This document shows, in pieces, positions 41,412 through 54,710 of a DNA stretch of 64,000 bases. Below the pieces are notes generated by a model that worked only from the letters and a program-made list of their open reading frames with translations, did no database searches and was not told the DNA's origin. Position 1 is the first letter of the stretch. Each line of letters begins with the position of its first letter. Made by a program: the position numbers and the translations under genes. Source of the DNA: the human T2T-CHM13v2.0 reference genome, Homo sapiens; the NCBI RefSeq assembly GCF_009914755.1, contig NC_060930.1. The stretch is one strand, 5' to 3'.

Positions 41412-43802
41412 TTAAAATGAGCATTATCAGAACCAAGCAAGCAAGAACAACTATCTCTACACAGTTTGTCCTTGGAAGTATTTCAGAATATAACTAAACT
41501 CTAAGCTTCTTCGTTCATTCATCACCATATATCACCATGCATTATTTGCAGGCCAAGTTTTTCTAGGCAACGTGGACATATTTGACCCAAAATTATCCTG
41601 AGTTCTCCACATGAGGGCGCCCTTATATGGGCCTCCACTCCACATTTATTCCTTTGAAGACCCACAACCTAAATAGGATGTTGCTGCCCTTCACCACTAC
41701 AAGCCATGTGGATTGGCAGCATAACTGCTCCTCAGTTACTGCTTTGTTGTTCTGGCGGCACTGGCTTCACCATTACACCACATATTATAGCTATACACAA
41801 CACCGCTGTGCGCAGGCTTACAGACAGGGCTGTTACGTGGACTGTTTGATATCTGAGGGAGAAGCCTAGAGAGGTATGCTAATATTTACCATCACATTAA
41901 TGTTTTCACCACCAAAAGAAAAGCTGCTAGGAAGCTAAATCCTTTTTTCCCCCACCCCCAAAGGGCCTATTCCTGGCATACTGCCATTACATAGCACAAA
42001 CCTGTTCTCAGGTTCCCATCTCTCCTGCAACTCCTTCTTCTTTTAAGCTCCTCCCTAGGAATAGCCCTCCACTCTTTTAGAACCTCACCAATACTCAAAG
42101 GGGAGATCACTTTCCCTCTTACCTCTCTATTAGCGCATTTTCCTCCATCCCTATCATTCGCCGGCGAATTTGACTACTGTGGATTCTAGCACTAGTTATT
42201 AATTTATCAATTATCATAAAATTGTCCCAAGGAATGGACTCCGTTGTTATAAACAGAGCCCACTTTAGGTAGGAATGGTCCCTTCATGCCAGATCTCCAT
42301 GCAATACTTCACTGGCATGTGTTGCACAGATGCCTATGTATTTTCTCAAATAATTTTCAAGGTTTAACTTTCCAACCTGTTTGATACAGCAAATATATAT
42401 TCTCAGAGGCTACGTAGTTTAAGGCTGTCATGTGGAAAAAGATAAATCACTGAAAGTCACATAATTTGAACATGTTCCCAGAATAATGTTTACTTTCTCT
42501 CCACTTCTGCAGGGTCCTCCTCCAGACTGGCTGGGACTGAGAAAAAGCCCTATACTGCCTAAAGAATGCTCCCTTAGTTACACAAAGAGGAGTTCTGGTG
42601 TGATCTATCTAGTGAATTCTTTCAAATTCTTAGCTAAGTTCCCTCGGACTCCTCAGTTTCCATCTCTAGACAATGCAAATTATTTCAGTCAAATAAGTGA
42701 ACAATTATTTTTGTGATGATTTAATGTCTGTTTGGCCCACTTATTGGTGTAAAGGTGCATCTTATGCCAATTTTCTACATTGCATCCTCTGCGCATAGCA
42801 ATGCTTGATGCACACTAGACCCTCAATTTTAATGAGTTAATGGGGATCTCTACAAGCCTTTAGACTCCACAGAGTATTAACTTACGAAGTAAGCTTTGAT
42901 GTCTGTCCATAATAATTAATTATCCTGTTGAGTTTACTCACAGCTGCAGATTAATATGTCATAAATGTACCAGGGTAAAAATATATACATTTTAAAAGAC
43001 ACTGTGTAGATCAATCTGTTCTTATCAGCCATCCATGCCCAAGACGAAGCGAGAGCTCTAAGAGTTTTGTGTTTAGACTTCTGTGAAATGCTACCAGCAT
43101 ACAGCTCTACCGGCAGCACCAAAAGTGAGGAAGAGAGTTATCCAGAAATAGATATTGTTGAATAATCATAAGGTCACAGTGCATATAAGACAATACTCGC
43201 AAATAATAATAAAGTTTTTTATAGTCAGAGAGCTGTGAGTTAACGATAATTAGTGTGAAAGTGTTTAAGTCTCTACTGATGGATTAAACACTGAAATAAT
43301 TCTTAAATTTCTATGTCATCGGTAGCTCTTTGCATAAAGTCTAACTCTTCAAAAATTAAAAACAGAAAGTTAGATAATCTAACTTTATGAAAGAGAGAAA
43401 TGAATAGTCCGTTCAACTAGAATCCAAACTAAAACAGGGTGAAGATCAACCTATGGGACGGAGTTCTGAAAAAACCTGGTAAGATAGCAGGTTTTAAAAC
43501 TGTTTCTATGCCTAATTTTGATAATTATTAACTGTTGCTAAGTGACGACACTGAGGTAATGATAAGAAGTTCATCCCTGGTGTGATCAATGTGATTATAC
43601 TCTGTTCCATGCACACATGATCCTGAAAATGGAACATTGAAGAGTCTGTAGTAGGGACCTTGCAAACCCAGTGTTCAAATGAAACTTGCAAGCAATATTA
43701 ATAGCGGATGAGGAATTCTCCATCTTGTATACTAGTGGTACTTTTATGATATCTCAGGGAGCCTTAAAATCCCGTGCAGGTAAGCCGGGCGTGGTGGAGG
43801 TA

Positions 43803-44140
43803 GGCCGGGCGTGGTGGCTCACGCCTGTAATCCCAGCACTTTGGGAGGCCGAGGCAGGCAGATCACGAGGTCAGGAGATCGAGACCATCCTGGACGACAC
43901 GGTGAAACCTTGTCTCTACTAAAAAATATATAAAAAATTAGCCGGGCGTGGTGGCACGCGCCTGTAATCCCAGCTATTCGGGAGGCCGAGGCAGCAGAAT
44001 CGCTTGAACCCAGAAGTTGGAGGTTGCAGTGAGCCAAGATCACCACTGCACTCCAGCCTGGTGACAGAGTGAGACTCCATCTCAAAAAAAAAAAAAAAAA
44101 AAAAAAAGAAAAGAAATAGAAAAAGAAAAAAAAGAAAAAG
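43803..44140 (+). mobile_element. AluSc8-like element with long A-rich tail and duplicated 5' junction
   Basis: gatcacgaggtcaggagatcgagaccatcctgg..acacggtg with S-type right arm; TSD aaaatcccgtgcaggta / aaaattccatacaggta. Confidence 0.95.
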
Positions 44141-44782
44141 AAAATTCCATACAGGTAAAGACTTCATGAGGGTATGACAAAGATGACGTCACGGGTACAG
44201 TTTTACTTCTCTCAACTTCGTCCAGAGGAGCTCCAAAACGTTCAATTAATTATAAACTTAGTCTAATTGATAATGTTCTGCATATTGGTCTAACGTCTTT
44301 AATACTGTATCCATTAAGTTTAAATAGGCATTCTTGAGCACCCTGCTCCAAAGCTTAAAACAACATCTGCATTAATTTTCAGCATCAGGACATCTAGGTG
44401 TCAAAACACTAGCGTAGGCTGTGGACACATAAGCCTTTGGTTTCTTTTGTCACTGGTAGTCATATGAAGGCTTCAGAGGAATAAAAGTTCTTCTGCATCA
44501 TATTATACCACAATTCTATGTTTATTAACCAAATAAATCGAGAAACAGTGGCATTAGACGCAAGGGCTGCAGAATAAAAATCATCAATAACCTGACCTGA
44601 GACTCAGGAAGTCGCTTGGCACTGAAGAGATGCTCTCCATGAAGTGTTTCCACTGGACTCGTCAGATGCATAAAATGAGGACCAGTACCCAGCTCAACAA
44701 GGCCTTGTTGAAACAGGGCGTCACATCCTAAGAAGCAAAAACAAACGGGTCTTTAAATCACAACGTCAGAACCAATATAGAG

Positions 44783-44951
44783 CCCCACTTCTCAAATGTT
44801 AATGTGCACAGCTGTCGTGAGATCTTGTTCTGATGCAGATTCTGATGTAATAGGTCTGGAGTGAGCTTGGAGGCCAAGATTTCTACATTTCTAACAACTT
44901 CCCAGGCAATGCTGAGGATAGCCAGCCAGGGCCCACACTTTGAGTAACCAA
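44783..44951. mobile_element. MER5 (hAT-Charlie MITE)
   Basis: ttctcaaa...atgcagattctga...taggtctgg...catttctaacaa.ttcccagg...cacactttgagta. Confidence 0.85.
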
Positions 44952-47900
44952 GCTGTGGAGAGCTAGGAAGCTGTCCCAGAAGGCAAATTGTTCTGGTTAG
45001 CAGCTCTAAAGGGTAAATTGCTCTTTTAAAGGAAAGCCTTCACACTGATCATTGTATCTACAAGCAGAACTGTAAACTAAGATGGCCCTTTCAAACAACT
45101 TAATCACAATTCAATGGCAACATTTTGTCACCTGTCATTCTCCTAAAAATCCTGATTTCTATGGTCATTACCATCAGCACCTTTGAATACAAGAGTACTG
45201 GTATGTCAGAGAGCCCAGATTATAAAATTCAATTTATTTCAACTTTAAAGGAATGAGCATGCGGTAGTGAGATGGCCATGCTTTCATCAAAGAGTTCTGA
45301 AACAATCCTGCAAAAATGCAAGGCTATATTATGTTGATCAATCAGTTGTAGATGCAGTCATTTCATTTGGAGAAACAGCCATCTTTCTGGTGCTGTTACA
45401 AAGAGTATGGAAGGTACTGACCCATTCTGAAGCTTGGACATAAAAAGGACCGTATATATGATGAATAATGGTAGGAAAAAATCACCTATAGAAAAGAATG
45501 GAATGTCAAGTTCTCTCTGTAATGGTATGATGCTTGATTTCAAGTGAATTTAGCCAATAAAGTCCATGCCCTTAAGAAGTTTATAATCTAAGATCTAAAG
45601 GGGCAGAGCCCTGCCTTCACTTTCCAAAGAAATAAAGAATTCAAATTCTTTGTCACAGAGAACATTGATGACACAGCTTAGGGGACTTTGCAAGAAAGTA
45701 AAGCAAGATTAAATTTCCTTATGAAGAGATCAGTAAACATAATTCTATCACCCTGTCCGCTCAATCAGAAAATCGTTGCTCCCTTTAATCTTCATCACTG
45801 ATTCTGACCAGCAAAACTGGAATACCTTGGTGGCAAATACTCTGTATCGACAGAGGAAAAACCAGTTGTGCTTTTGGAATTTTAGATGTTCCTATGAAAG
45901 ACATCTGGAACTTATCACATTCTATTGCTTTAAAGATTAACTTGGGTGAAAATATCAGGCAACATGTACAGCTGGTAGACCATGACTCAAATGGTAGGAA
46001 ACTCTGCAATGCACCCCTGCAGCTCCACTCCAAATGGCAAAGTGGAAAGAGGGTGGAGGTGGCAGCTATGGGTCCCTTCAGCATCAACACTTCTGCTGCA
46101 TTTCTTGAAAACAAAAGCAGGCTGGGGAAGTAGGTAGGGTAAGACAGGAGTGGCATCATAAGAGTGATTATTCGAACACTCACTAATCAGACCACATTAT
46201 GGAGAACAAAGTTATTTCCAACCTCCAGTCAGTTTAAACAATACTGATTATGAAACAAACTTATAGTACAAGCGATAACATATTGTGTTTAGCTTAATAT
46301 GCAGGTTTTACCCTACATATACTTCTTTAAAAAAAAAATCTTTCAGGGAGAAATATGTGATGATCATTTCTCTGTATAAACCAGTATTTCCCCCTGCCCC
46401 GGAAAATGGCATCTATAAGAAGCAGGAAATTATTCATTAGAAATGTAAAAGAATGGCTTAAGGAAAAGCAACTGAATGGATCACATCTGGGAAAGAAAGT
46501 TTCTCTTATCTCTCCTTGCCCAGCCTGTCCAGGCATTATTACCCAATTACGTCTCTTAGATTTCTCTCCTGACGCTCATAAAAGACTCCTAGTTTAAATT
46601 CAAACATTTAATTTGATATGTCTCTGTATATTTACTTCAATATTAAAAGGTTTTGGGCTTAAAGTACAAATAATATTTACATAATACCTTATATCCAAGA
46701 GTCTAATATCTTTTACATGTCAAATAAATGTGACATGGAGTACTATTAGTGTGAAAAACTGTACTTCCCTTCTCCTTAAACTCAGGATGATTACCGTAAT
46801 TATTTCAGCTGAACCAGGATGGACATAACACTTCACTGAAGACCTGGTGTAACTTGAATTTTTATCTCCCCTTTGAAAAAAATGACGTTACAATATAATG
46901 AGATGGGATATAATGGAGAGACTCTGCTTCACTCATTTTACACTACATCTGATCCTGTTGACAATGAAATTCCTAGCCTGGATGTTAAATTCACTGCCTT
47001 GTGTTTTCACCAGGTTCTTTAAAATTTTTTGATACTTGACTATCAACTTCTGACTTTCCATGTTACCATATTCCCACATGCTTATTTCTTCTCTGTTTAA
47101 CCACTAATTTCTGATGACTGTGGTCCTACAAGTCCCATTGCGCGACTATGTTTAATTGACTCTTGCATGCCTGTCTTGCCTTTGATTCCTTGCTTTTCTT
47201 GACCTTGACTTTCATCACATGCAGAGGTCTGACTCCCAAAGCTCAAGGACTCCTTTCTCTATACCCAATTTGGGCACCAGCACGTTGGCCTTATCCTCTG
47301 CGTCACAGTTTGTAAATCCACATTTATCCATGGCGCTGGCAAAAAACAGAAGCTTGGAATACATGTATCAGCAAGAAAATCACACAATAAAGAATTTGTA
47401 ATCAAAAGTGATAGAATGGCAAAGTAAAGATAATATAGGAATCATAAACAATGGAAGCAGGAAATACACTGCTTAGTTCATTTCCACTCTAAGTCCACCC
47501 TAGATGATTTTCAAATCGAGCCACTGTTTTTACTAATTCAGGATGGTGAATAAAGTTTTACTTTATACACAGAAGACAATGACGATGCTCAAATGATTTG
47601 TCCCAAATTAGTTCAGTCACTGCAATCATATGAAGCCAAAACAATGGATTTTCTGAATGTTAAACTAGCATCAAGCATTCATCAGTGTAATTTGCTGGGC
47701 TGCATTTAGATAAAGCTGAGTAGATCTTTATGATTGTCTCCAATGCACAGAGTATGGCAGGATACAATTATTCTCTCTACCAAGAGAGTATGTTTCTGTC
47801 ATGTCAAATTACTAACCTTCTGCAGGGATGAACTTCTCTAGAAAGCTTGAAAAGCATTTCTACTTCTATATGGCACTGAATTTTTATCATAAAAAGATAA

Positions 47901-48653
47901 GGGAAGTTTTTTTATCTTCTTTCAGAAAAGTCTATTACAGTACTCAATGCTATGATTAGAGAGATGGTGACTTAAATCTCTTGAATATCAAAAGAGAGGA
48001 AGACAGCCTTTGGCCATAATCACTGCTTAGCTGCTTTGGTTAAACAGGAAACTCAGAAGGATTCCTCTCATTTTAGCTTTTGGGTTAGGAAAGAAAATCT
48101 TTGATCTTATGTACCTGCCTCAGACTTCTTGGTATATTATGGACATTTTTACTTCACTATGTAAACCAGACAGGAGGTTTTCAGAGATGCAGAAAGATAA
48201 CTGCATCTTTCTGTGGAATGTTAGAGGAACTTTATATTTCATATCCAGGAAGGAGTTCGGTTGATAATCCAATTCCTGTGTTTCCATCAATGTCATATGC
48301 ACTTTCTCCTGACTACATATTAACCAGACAATGTGTTGTATCTCATGATATCTGATTAAAATAATGTGAACACTTCTATTTAACAATAATAGTTTCAATT
48401 GATTCCTTCAATATTGGTTACATTTTACTCTATAATTTTTAAAAAAAAAATGTATTCTGGCTCCACCATTTGTACATAAACTGAAAATGTGAAGATCATT
48501 CAAAGCAGCATGGAAGAGGAAATAATTGAGGTTAATACGGGAGTCCTGCAAATAAGTTTTCTCCTCATTAAGTAGAAAGATCTACAACAGGTTAAATGGA
48601 CATATCATGAATACCCTTTTGGAAAAATCTATCCTAAAAAAATAAATACTACC

Positions 48654-49016
48654 TGTATTAGCCTGTTCTCACACTGCTAATAAAGACATACCCAAGACTG
48701 AGTAATTTATAAAAGAAAGAGTTTTAATGGACTCACAGGTCAGCATGGCTGGAGAGGCCTCACAATCATGGCAGGAGGTGAAGGGAGAGCAAAGGCCCAT
48801 CTTACATGGTGGCAGGCAAGAGAGCATGTTCAAGGGAACTGCCCTTTATGAAACCATCAGATCTTGTGAGGCTTATTCACTATCATGAGAACAGCACAGG
48901 AAAGCCTGCCCCCAGGATTCAATTACCTCCCACCAGGTGTCTCCCATGATATGTGGGGATTATGGGTGCCACAGTTCAAGATGAGATTTGGATGGGGACA
49001 CAGCCAAACTGTATCA
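48654..49016 (-). mobile_element. THE1 (B/C-like) solo LTR
   Basis: tgtattagcctgttctcacactgctaataaagacataccc...gacacagccaaactgtatca; no clear TSD. Confidence 0.92.
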
Positions 49017-49539
49017 CTTGAATGCAACAATGCAGCTAATTAATAGACAGGACAATTTTGAGATTAACCTGCTGATTTAAACATATTTTAAAATATATAT
49101 TTAAATCACTAGTCAAGATGCATGAAAATGACCTGTGATGACATATAAATAACAAGCACTCAGTGGGCAAGCACCAGTCATCTGTATTATAAATGCCCCA
49201 CAACTTACCCCGGCAGCAGAGACCCAATGAAATGTTAGTTTAATTTTAAATGAATGAGTTAATTAATTAGTAGTCACTTATATTTTGATTGAAATAGGCA
49301 AACTATTTATCCTGTAACTGGGGAGAAATTTCTTAGTTATCTAACTTAGACTTCAGTAAGTTATCCAAGTGAAACTGAAGAGAGCTTGAAAAAGCTGTTA
49401 AGTTGTCAGTGCATATGTTCTCAGAATCACAGCTACAGATGGCTTTACTGCTATTTCAGTTGGTGAGGAGACCACTATCAAAGAAGATATTATAGCCTCA
49501 AGGCTCTATTCAGTTTCAGGCTTTGTTTATTTGTTTTTA

Positions 49540-50340
49540 CTTGTTATTGTTTTTCCAACAAAAAAATTAATTCATTTATACCATATAAATGAAAACATAC
49601 AGAAAAACAATAGTAAGAAAATAAAAATCACCCACAACACTACCACTGAGATTTCCCTCTCAGCAATTTATTATAATCTGCCAAGTTATTATTCTATTTA
49701 TTGTCATTTTATTTTTTTCAGAAAGAGATCATACAGTACTCACTGATTTAAAATATGCCTTTTATATGGCGAAAATACATCTTATAAAACATTACTCTTC
49801 AACATAATTTGAACTGACTACATAATATTCCATGGGTAGGTGTGTTGTTAAATTTTAAAAAATTTCTTTTGATGGACCTAAGGTTATCTCAATTTTCTGA
49901 CAAAAGAATAAGACTAAAAACCTGAAAATATCTTTACTTTTTTAGGCTGACTTTACATAAATAGAGTTGCTTGGTCAATAATTTTGGTCAAAAATTTTGG
50001 ATCAATTTGCCATCTTTTTAGATGTTCATAACATTGTATTTTTCACCTCACTGTCATTGATAATGTCTATTATCATTCATTCTTATCATTCTCAATTTGA
50101 CTAATCATTTCCATTGTGGTGAACATAAAAATGTTTTTGTATGTTCATCAGTCTTTCTGTTTCTTCCACAAGGAAACTGCTATTTGTAGTCTTTAATCAT
50201 TATTTCTATTGATTCATATTAATTTTTCTTATTTGATTCATGAAGGTGTTTAAACATTAAAGATATGAATGTATGCTTGTCTTATACATACAAATTATTT
50301 TTACATTTAAAATTTTTCATCTACAGTTTCTTATGATAAA
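49540..50340 (-). mobile_element. L1ME-type 3' fragment
   Basis: aaaataaaaatcacccacaacactaccac.gaga; tgactacataatattcca; T-rich antisense L1 text. Confidence 0.55.
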
Positions 50341-50544
50341 TCATGCGCCCAAGAAACATTAAGACATTCTCTTAGCCATTGAACATTATCAGTTTTGAAC
50401 CATTGAGATTTGTGTTAATTATAATGTTTACAATATAATTTGAGATAACTGAGGACCTATCACAAAATGCAAGGCGGCCTTTTAAGGAGCTGTGAAAGTA
50501 GATATTTTGCAGTAAGAAAGACCAATAAATTTCTACATATTCTT

Positions 50545-50650
50545 TTGTTCATTCATTCAATTAAAGTATTGAACCACTGATAAGTGCCAGGTGCCACATT
50601 AAACAATAGAGGTATTTGAGGAACCTTCCCTGTATTTTGGAGCTGACAAA
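50545..50650 (-). mobile_element. L2 3' tail
   Basis: ttcattcattcaa..aagtattgaa.cact...gtgccagg. Confidence 0.65.
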
Positions 50651-51401
50651 ATGCCAAATTAGCTTTTATTATATGCTTCTGAATTGCACAAGTATCAACC
50701 ATCTAGCAAATAAACATAAGTGAAATTAGAAAATTCATCAAATTCTATCAATGTTCACCATGAATGCTACTGGTGAGATATATATCATGTAAATACATAT
50801 CAGACTTATTTCTTTACTCTTTCATATGGTTGTACCATAATGTTTTGCTTCTGAATTTCTGCCAATTATGCATCAGGAGCCAAGAAACCTTTTACAAAAT
50901 TGCACAATATGGCTTGAGAAAAAGACTTTATTGGAGAAAAAGAAAACCCACTATACCAAAGGCAGTCCCCTTCTCTCCCATCATCACACAGGGAGGCAAG
51001 CTAGGGCCAGGCTATTGCTCTGGAAGGGCAAGTCCCCATGGTAATCTGGCCTCCTGTGGGATGAGCATAGTGATGCAAACTTCTCAATGGGGGCAGGCAC
51101 GGGCTGCCTGGCACCCCAAGAAGTCTGGATGTGGGTGCCAATGCTTTAGAAGAGTTATCTAGGAAACCCAACTGCTCAAGCAGCTTGGAAACAGAAAGTC
51201 TGTGGGAAGGACCATCTCCAGTATTGGGGGGAAAATGCCATCACTCTCCTACCACTACAGGAAGGAGGAACTCTCAGTTCTAGTTAGTTCATTGCCCAGA
51301 AAACCCAGAATGAGCCTTTAGATATTTTTTGGACACTCTTGCTCATGGCAGTACACTTATTATGACATATTATAATAGTCAAGGATCTCATTAAAGGTCA
51401 C

Positions 51402-51890
51402 AGTGGCAGGTTATATTTTCCATGAAGACCTCAAAGGGTCTCCTATTAATTCCTTCCTATACTGTGACTTGGACACCCTTACCATCAAGTGCACCCTGAG
51501 TGGGATTGTGGCTACTGTGAAAGTGACACTATGTGATTTTCGAGGCTAGGCAATGGACATTCTCTGCCAGATCCACTTGATACACTTGTTCTTGGAAGCC
51601 ATTCACCATGAGATGAGAAGCAGAGAGGCTACATGGAGCATTTATGCATAGGTGTTCTTACAGATGGCACACTGAACTGCCAGGTGACGCCCAGTACCGA
51701 CCTGCAGACATGTGAGTGAAACTCAAAGTGATCTCAGCCCAGCCACTGCAAGAGAGACACCAAGCAAGAACCATCTTTTAGAGTCTAGCTGTGGTCCAAA
51801 ATCATGAGAGTTAATAATAAAATGATTGTTGCTTTTTAAAGCTACTCTGTTATGGAAGCACTTATTATGCCCCAATAGACAACTAGAACA
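51402..51890 (+). mobile_element. MLT1 (H-like) LTR
   Basis: aagtgacactatgtgattttcgaggctagg; cagacatgtgagtgaa; aataaaatgattgttgcttt...caatagacaactagaaca. Confidence 0.8.
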
Positions 51891-52224
51891 TATATTTTTC
51901 TGGACCTTAACCAACAGTTAAGTGAAAGTGTCTTTCATTTAACAATTCTGCACTTCTTTTTAGTTCCAATAAATATATTCTATGGTCCTAGGTAAATTCA
52001 GAGGGATAATGAATATTTCTTTCTTTACCAATAACTATCGATTTGATTGAAACTAGAGGATTCCAAGGGAAGTGCATGTCCAATAACTGTATCAATTGTC
52101 AGAATCAATGTGTATTGATCAAAAGAAAAACGAATTGAAGGAATACACAATCTTCCATAATTGCTAAATGCATTAAGATATTTCACATTCTAAGTGAATT
52201 TTAAGATTTAACTATAATGGCACC

Positions 52225-54710
52225 TTTATGTCAGGCCAAGATGGACTCAACAAGACTAGATTTTACCCTCTGCCTGAAACAAGCTAAACAAACAAATAGA
52301 CAAAATACATGAAACAATTACCTTCGAGAGACTGGACATCATGCCATTAAAGACAGTGATCCCTAGTATATTGGAAACAACTGAGGTGAGCCCAATAACC
52401 ACCACAGTTTTTTGCCTTCAAAAGTTTTCAGGGAACAGCACAGAGAAGAGGAAATTAGGTGAAATTTTGTGGTTCTGTGATTTGAGGTGCCAGAGTAAAA
52501 GCTTTGGGGGGACCAAGCTGTCTAGAAATCACAGGACTGCATATTGGAGATGAGAGACCTAGAGAGAGAGAGAGAGACTAAGATAGAGACTGAGAGAGAG
52601 AGATCCTGATCGTTGCAGAGGGTCCCTCTCAAGTTTTTAGCAGAGTATCAATCAGTGCATTTATATGACAAAAAGTATCTGATGCTGAGAAAGAAATCAT
52701 TTAAAATGACCAAAATGAACAGGGAAAATACTAAAAGCAGACAGAGAAAAAAATACACATTGTGTAGAGAGGAACAAAGTTAAAGATAATAGGAGATTCT
52801 CATTGGAAACAATGCAAGTGAGAAGAGAATGGAGCGACATCTTTAAAGTACTGAAAGAAAAAAGCCTGTCAACCTAGAACTCCATATGTAGAAAAAAATC
52901 TTTAAAAACAAAATGAAAAACCAAGACATTTTCAGACATGCTGCAAATATTAAAATAAGCCAATAAAGGGGATACTGTGGAATTATAAACCATGCTCTAT
53001 TACTCCAAAAGAAAGAAAAAAGGAGAAAATGGTAACGAAGAACAAACAGGATAGATTAAAAAGAAATATGATGATATAATTGCATATATCAATAGTCACA
53101 TTGAAATATAAATGGTCTAAATATTTCAATTAAAAAGGATTGCCAAACTGGATTTAAAAAGCAAGACCAAACTATGTGTTGCCTACAAGAAATGTACTTT
53201 AAAAATAAAGAAAAATGGTTAAAAGGAAAAGCATGGGAGAAGATATAATCATGCTAACCCTAGTCAAAAAGAGATCTGATAGACTATATTAATACCAAAC
53301 AAGGATTTCAAATTAAAGTACATTACCAGAAATACGTCAGATATGTTTATAACCATAAGAAAGTAAATTACTGAAAAAGATATCACAATCCTAAATATTT
53401 ATGTACCTAATAGCAGAATATATTCTATTTGAACTATTCAAAAATATTAAAGTGGAGGGAATTCTTTCCAATCCCTTTGGTAGGGCCAGAAACCAGAAAC
53501 CTGATACCAAAACCAGAAAAACAGGCATTACCAGATAAGAAAAGAATAGTCTGATATCCCCCATAAACATAAATGCTAAAATCCTTAACAAAATTTAGCT
53601 AATTGGTCCAAACATACATAAAAAGAAAATACATTATGGGAAAATGTGGTTCACTATAGCAATAAATGGTTGGTTTACTATTCAGAAGTCTATCAATGTA
53701 ATTCAATATATTAAAAAAATTAAAAAAATAAACATGATCATCTCAATAAGTGCATAAAAGTATCTGACAAAAATCCAACATCCATTTGTGGAAAGTGCTC
53801 TCAGCAAAGTAGAAAAAGAAGAATATGGTAAAACTTCCTCAACCTGATAAAGGTCATTTACAAAATTTGAAAGTGATATTACAGTTAATGGTGAAAGAAT
53901 GAATGATTTTCCCTAAGATCAGAATTAGACAAGAATGTTTTCTCTCTCAACCACTACTTAGCGTTATACTGAGATCATAGCCAGTGCAATCAGCCAAGAA
54001 ATAGAAATAAAGGTCATCCTCCTAAGAAGAAAAAAAACTATCTTACATTGTAGATTACAACATCATCCGCAAAAGAAATCTGATAGACTGTAAAAGAAGG
54101 TATAATACTAGATCTAATAAGTGAGTTTACCAAGTTGCAGGGTAGAAAATTCTACAAAACTATTTTGTATTTCTATAGGCAGTTGACCCTTGGGCAACAT
54201 GGATTTAGACTGTGCAGGTCCATGTATATAGCAGATTTTTTTTCAATTAAACTTGGATCTGGAACACAGTATTCACAGGAAGGGAAACCTACCATGTGAA
54301 AGGCAGACTTTTTGTATACGCAGCTTCACAGGGCTGACTGTAGGACCTCAGTGGACATGGATTTTGGTTTTGGGGAGTAACCTGGAACCAATCTTTTGCA
54401 TATACCAAGAAACAACTGTACTTGCAATAAACCAATGGCAATTGAAATAAATAAAATTCCATGTACAATAGCATTAAAAAATGTTAAGCAATGAATTTGA
54501 CAAAAATACAAGAAGTCCAAACACTGAAAACTACAAAACATTGCTGAAAGAAATTTAAGGCCTAAATAAAATATTTCACGTACGTGGTTTGGATGACTCA
54601 ATAAAGCTAAGATGTCAATTCTCCCCCAAAATGATCAATAGGATTAATGCAATTTTGATTAAAATCCCAGCAGGACTTTTTTTTTTTTATCAAAACTGAC
54701 AAATAAACAA
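52225..54710 (+). mobile_element. L1MC/MD-type LINE with 5' end and internally deleted ORF1/ORF2
   Basis: ggccaagatgga...ttaccctc.gcctgaaacaa 5' end; ORF1 end (acatctttaaagtactgaaagaaaa); EN and RT fragments (catgatcatctcaata, ttcctcaacctgataaagg). Confidence 0.8.
54180..54418. mobile_element. MER8 (Tigger2-family MITE) inside L1
   Basis: cagttgaccctt ... cctggaaccaatc ... caactg|ta; 239 bp. Confidence 0.85.

Noticed and set aside
45785-46183. 132-aa minus-strand ORF and overlapping 79-aa plus-strand ORF
   Set aside because: No recognisable motifs or coding bias; consistent with chance
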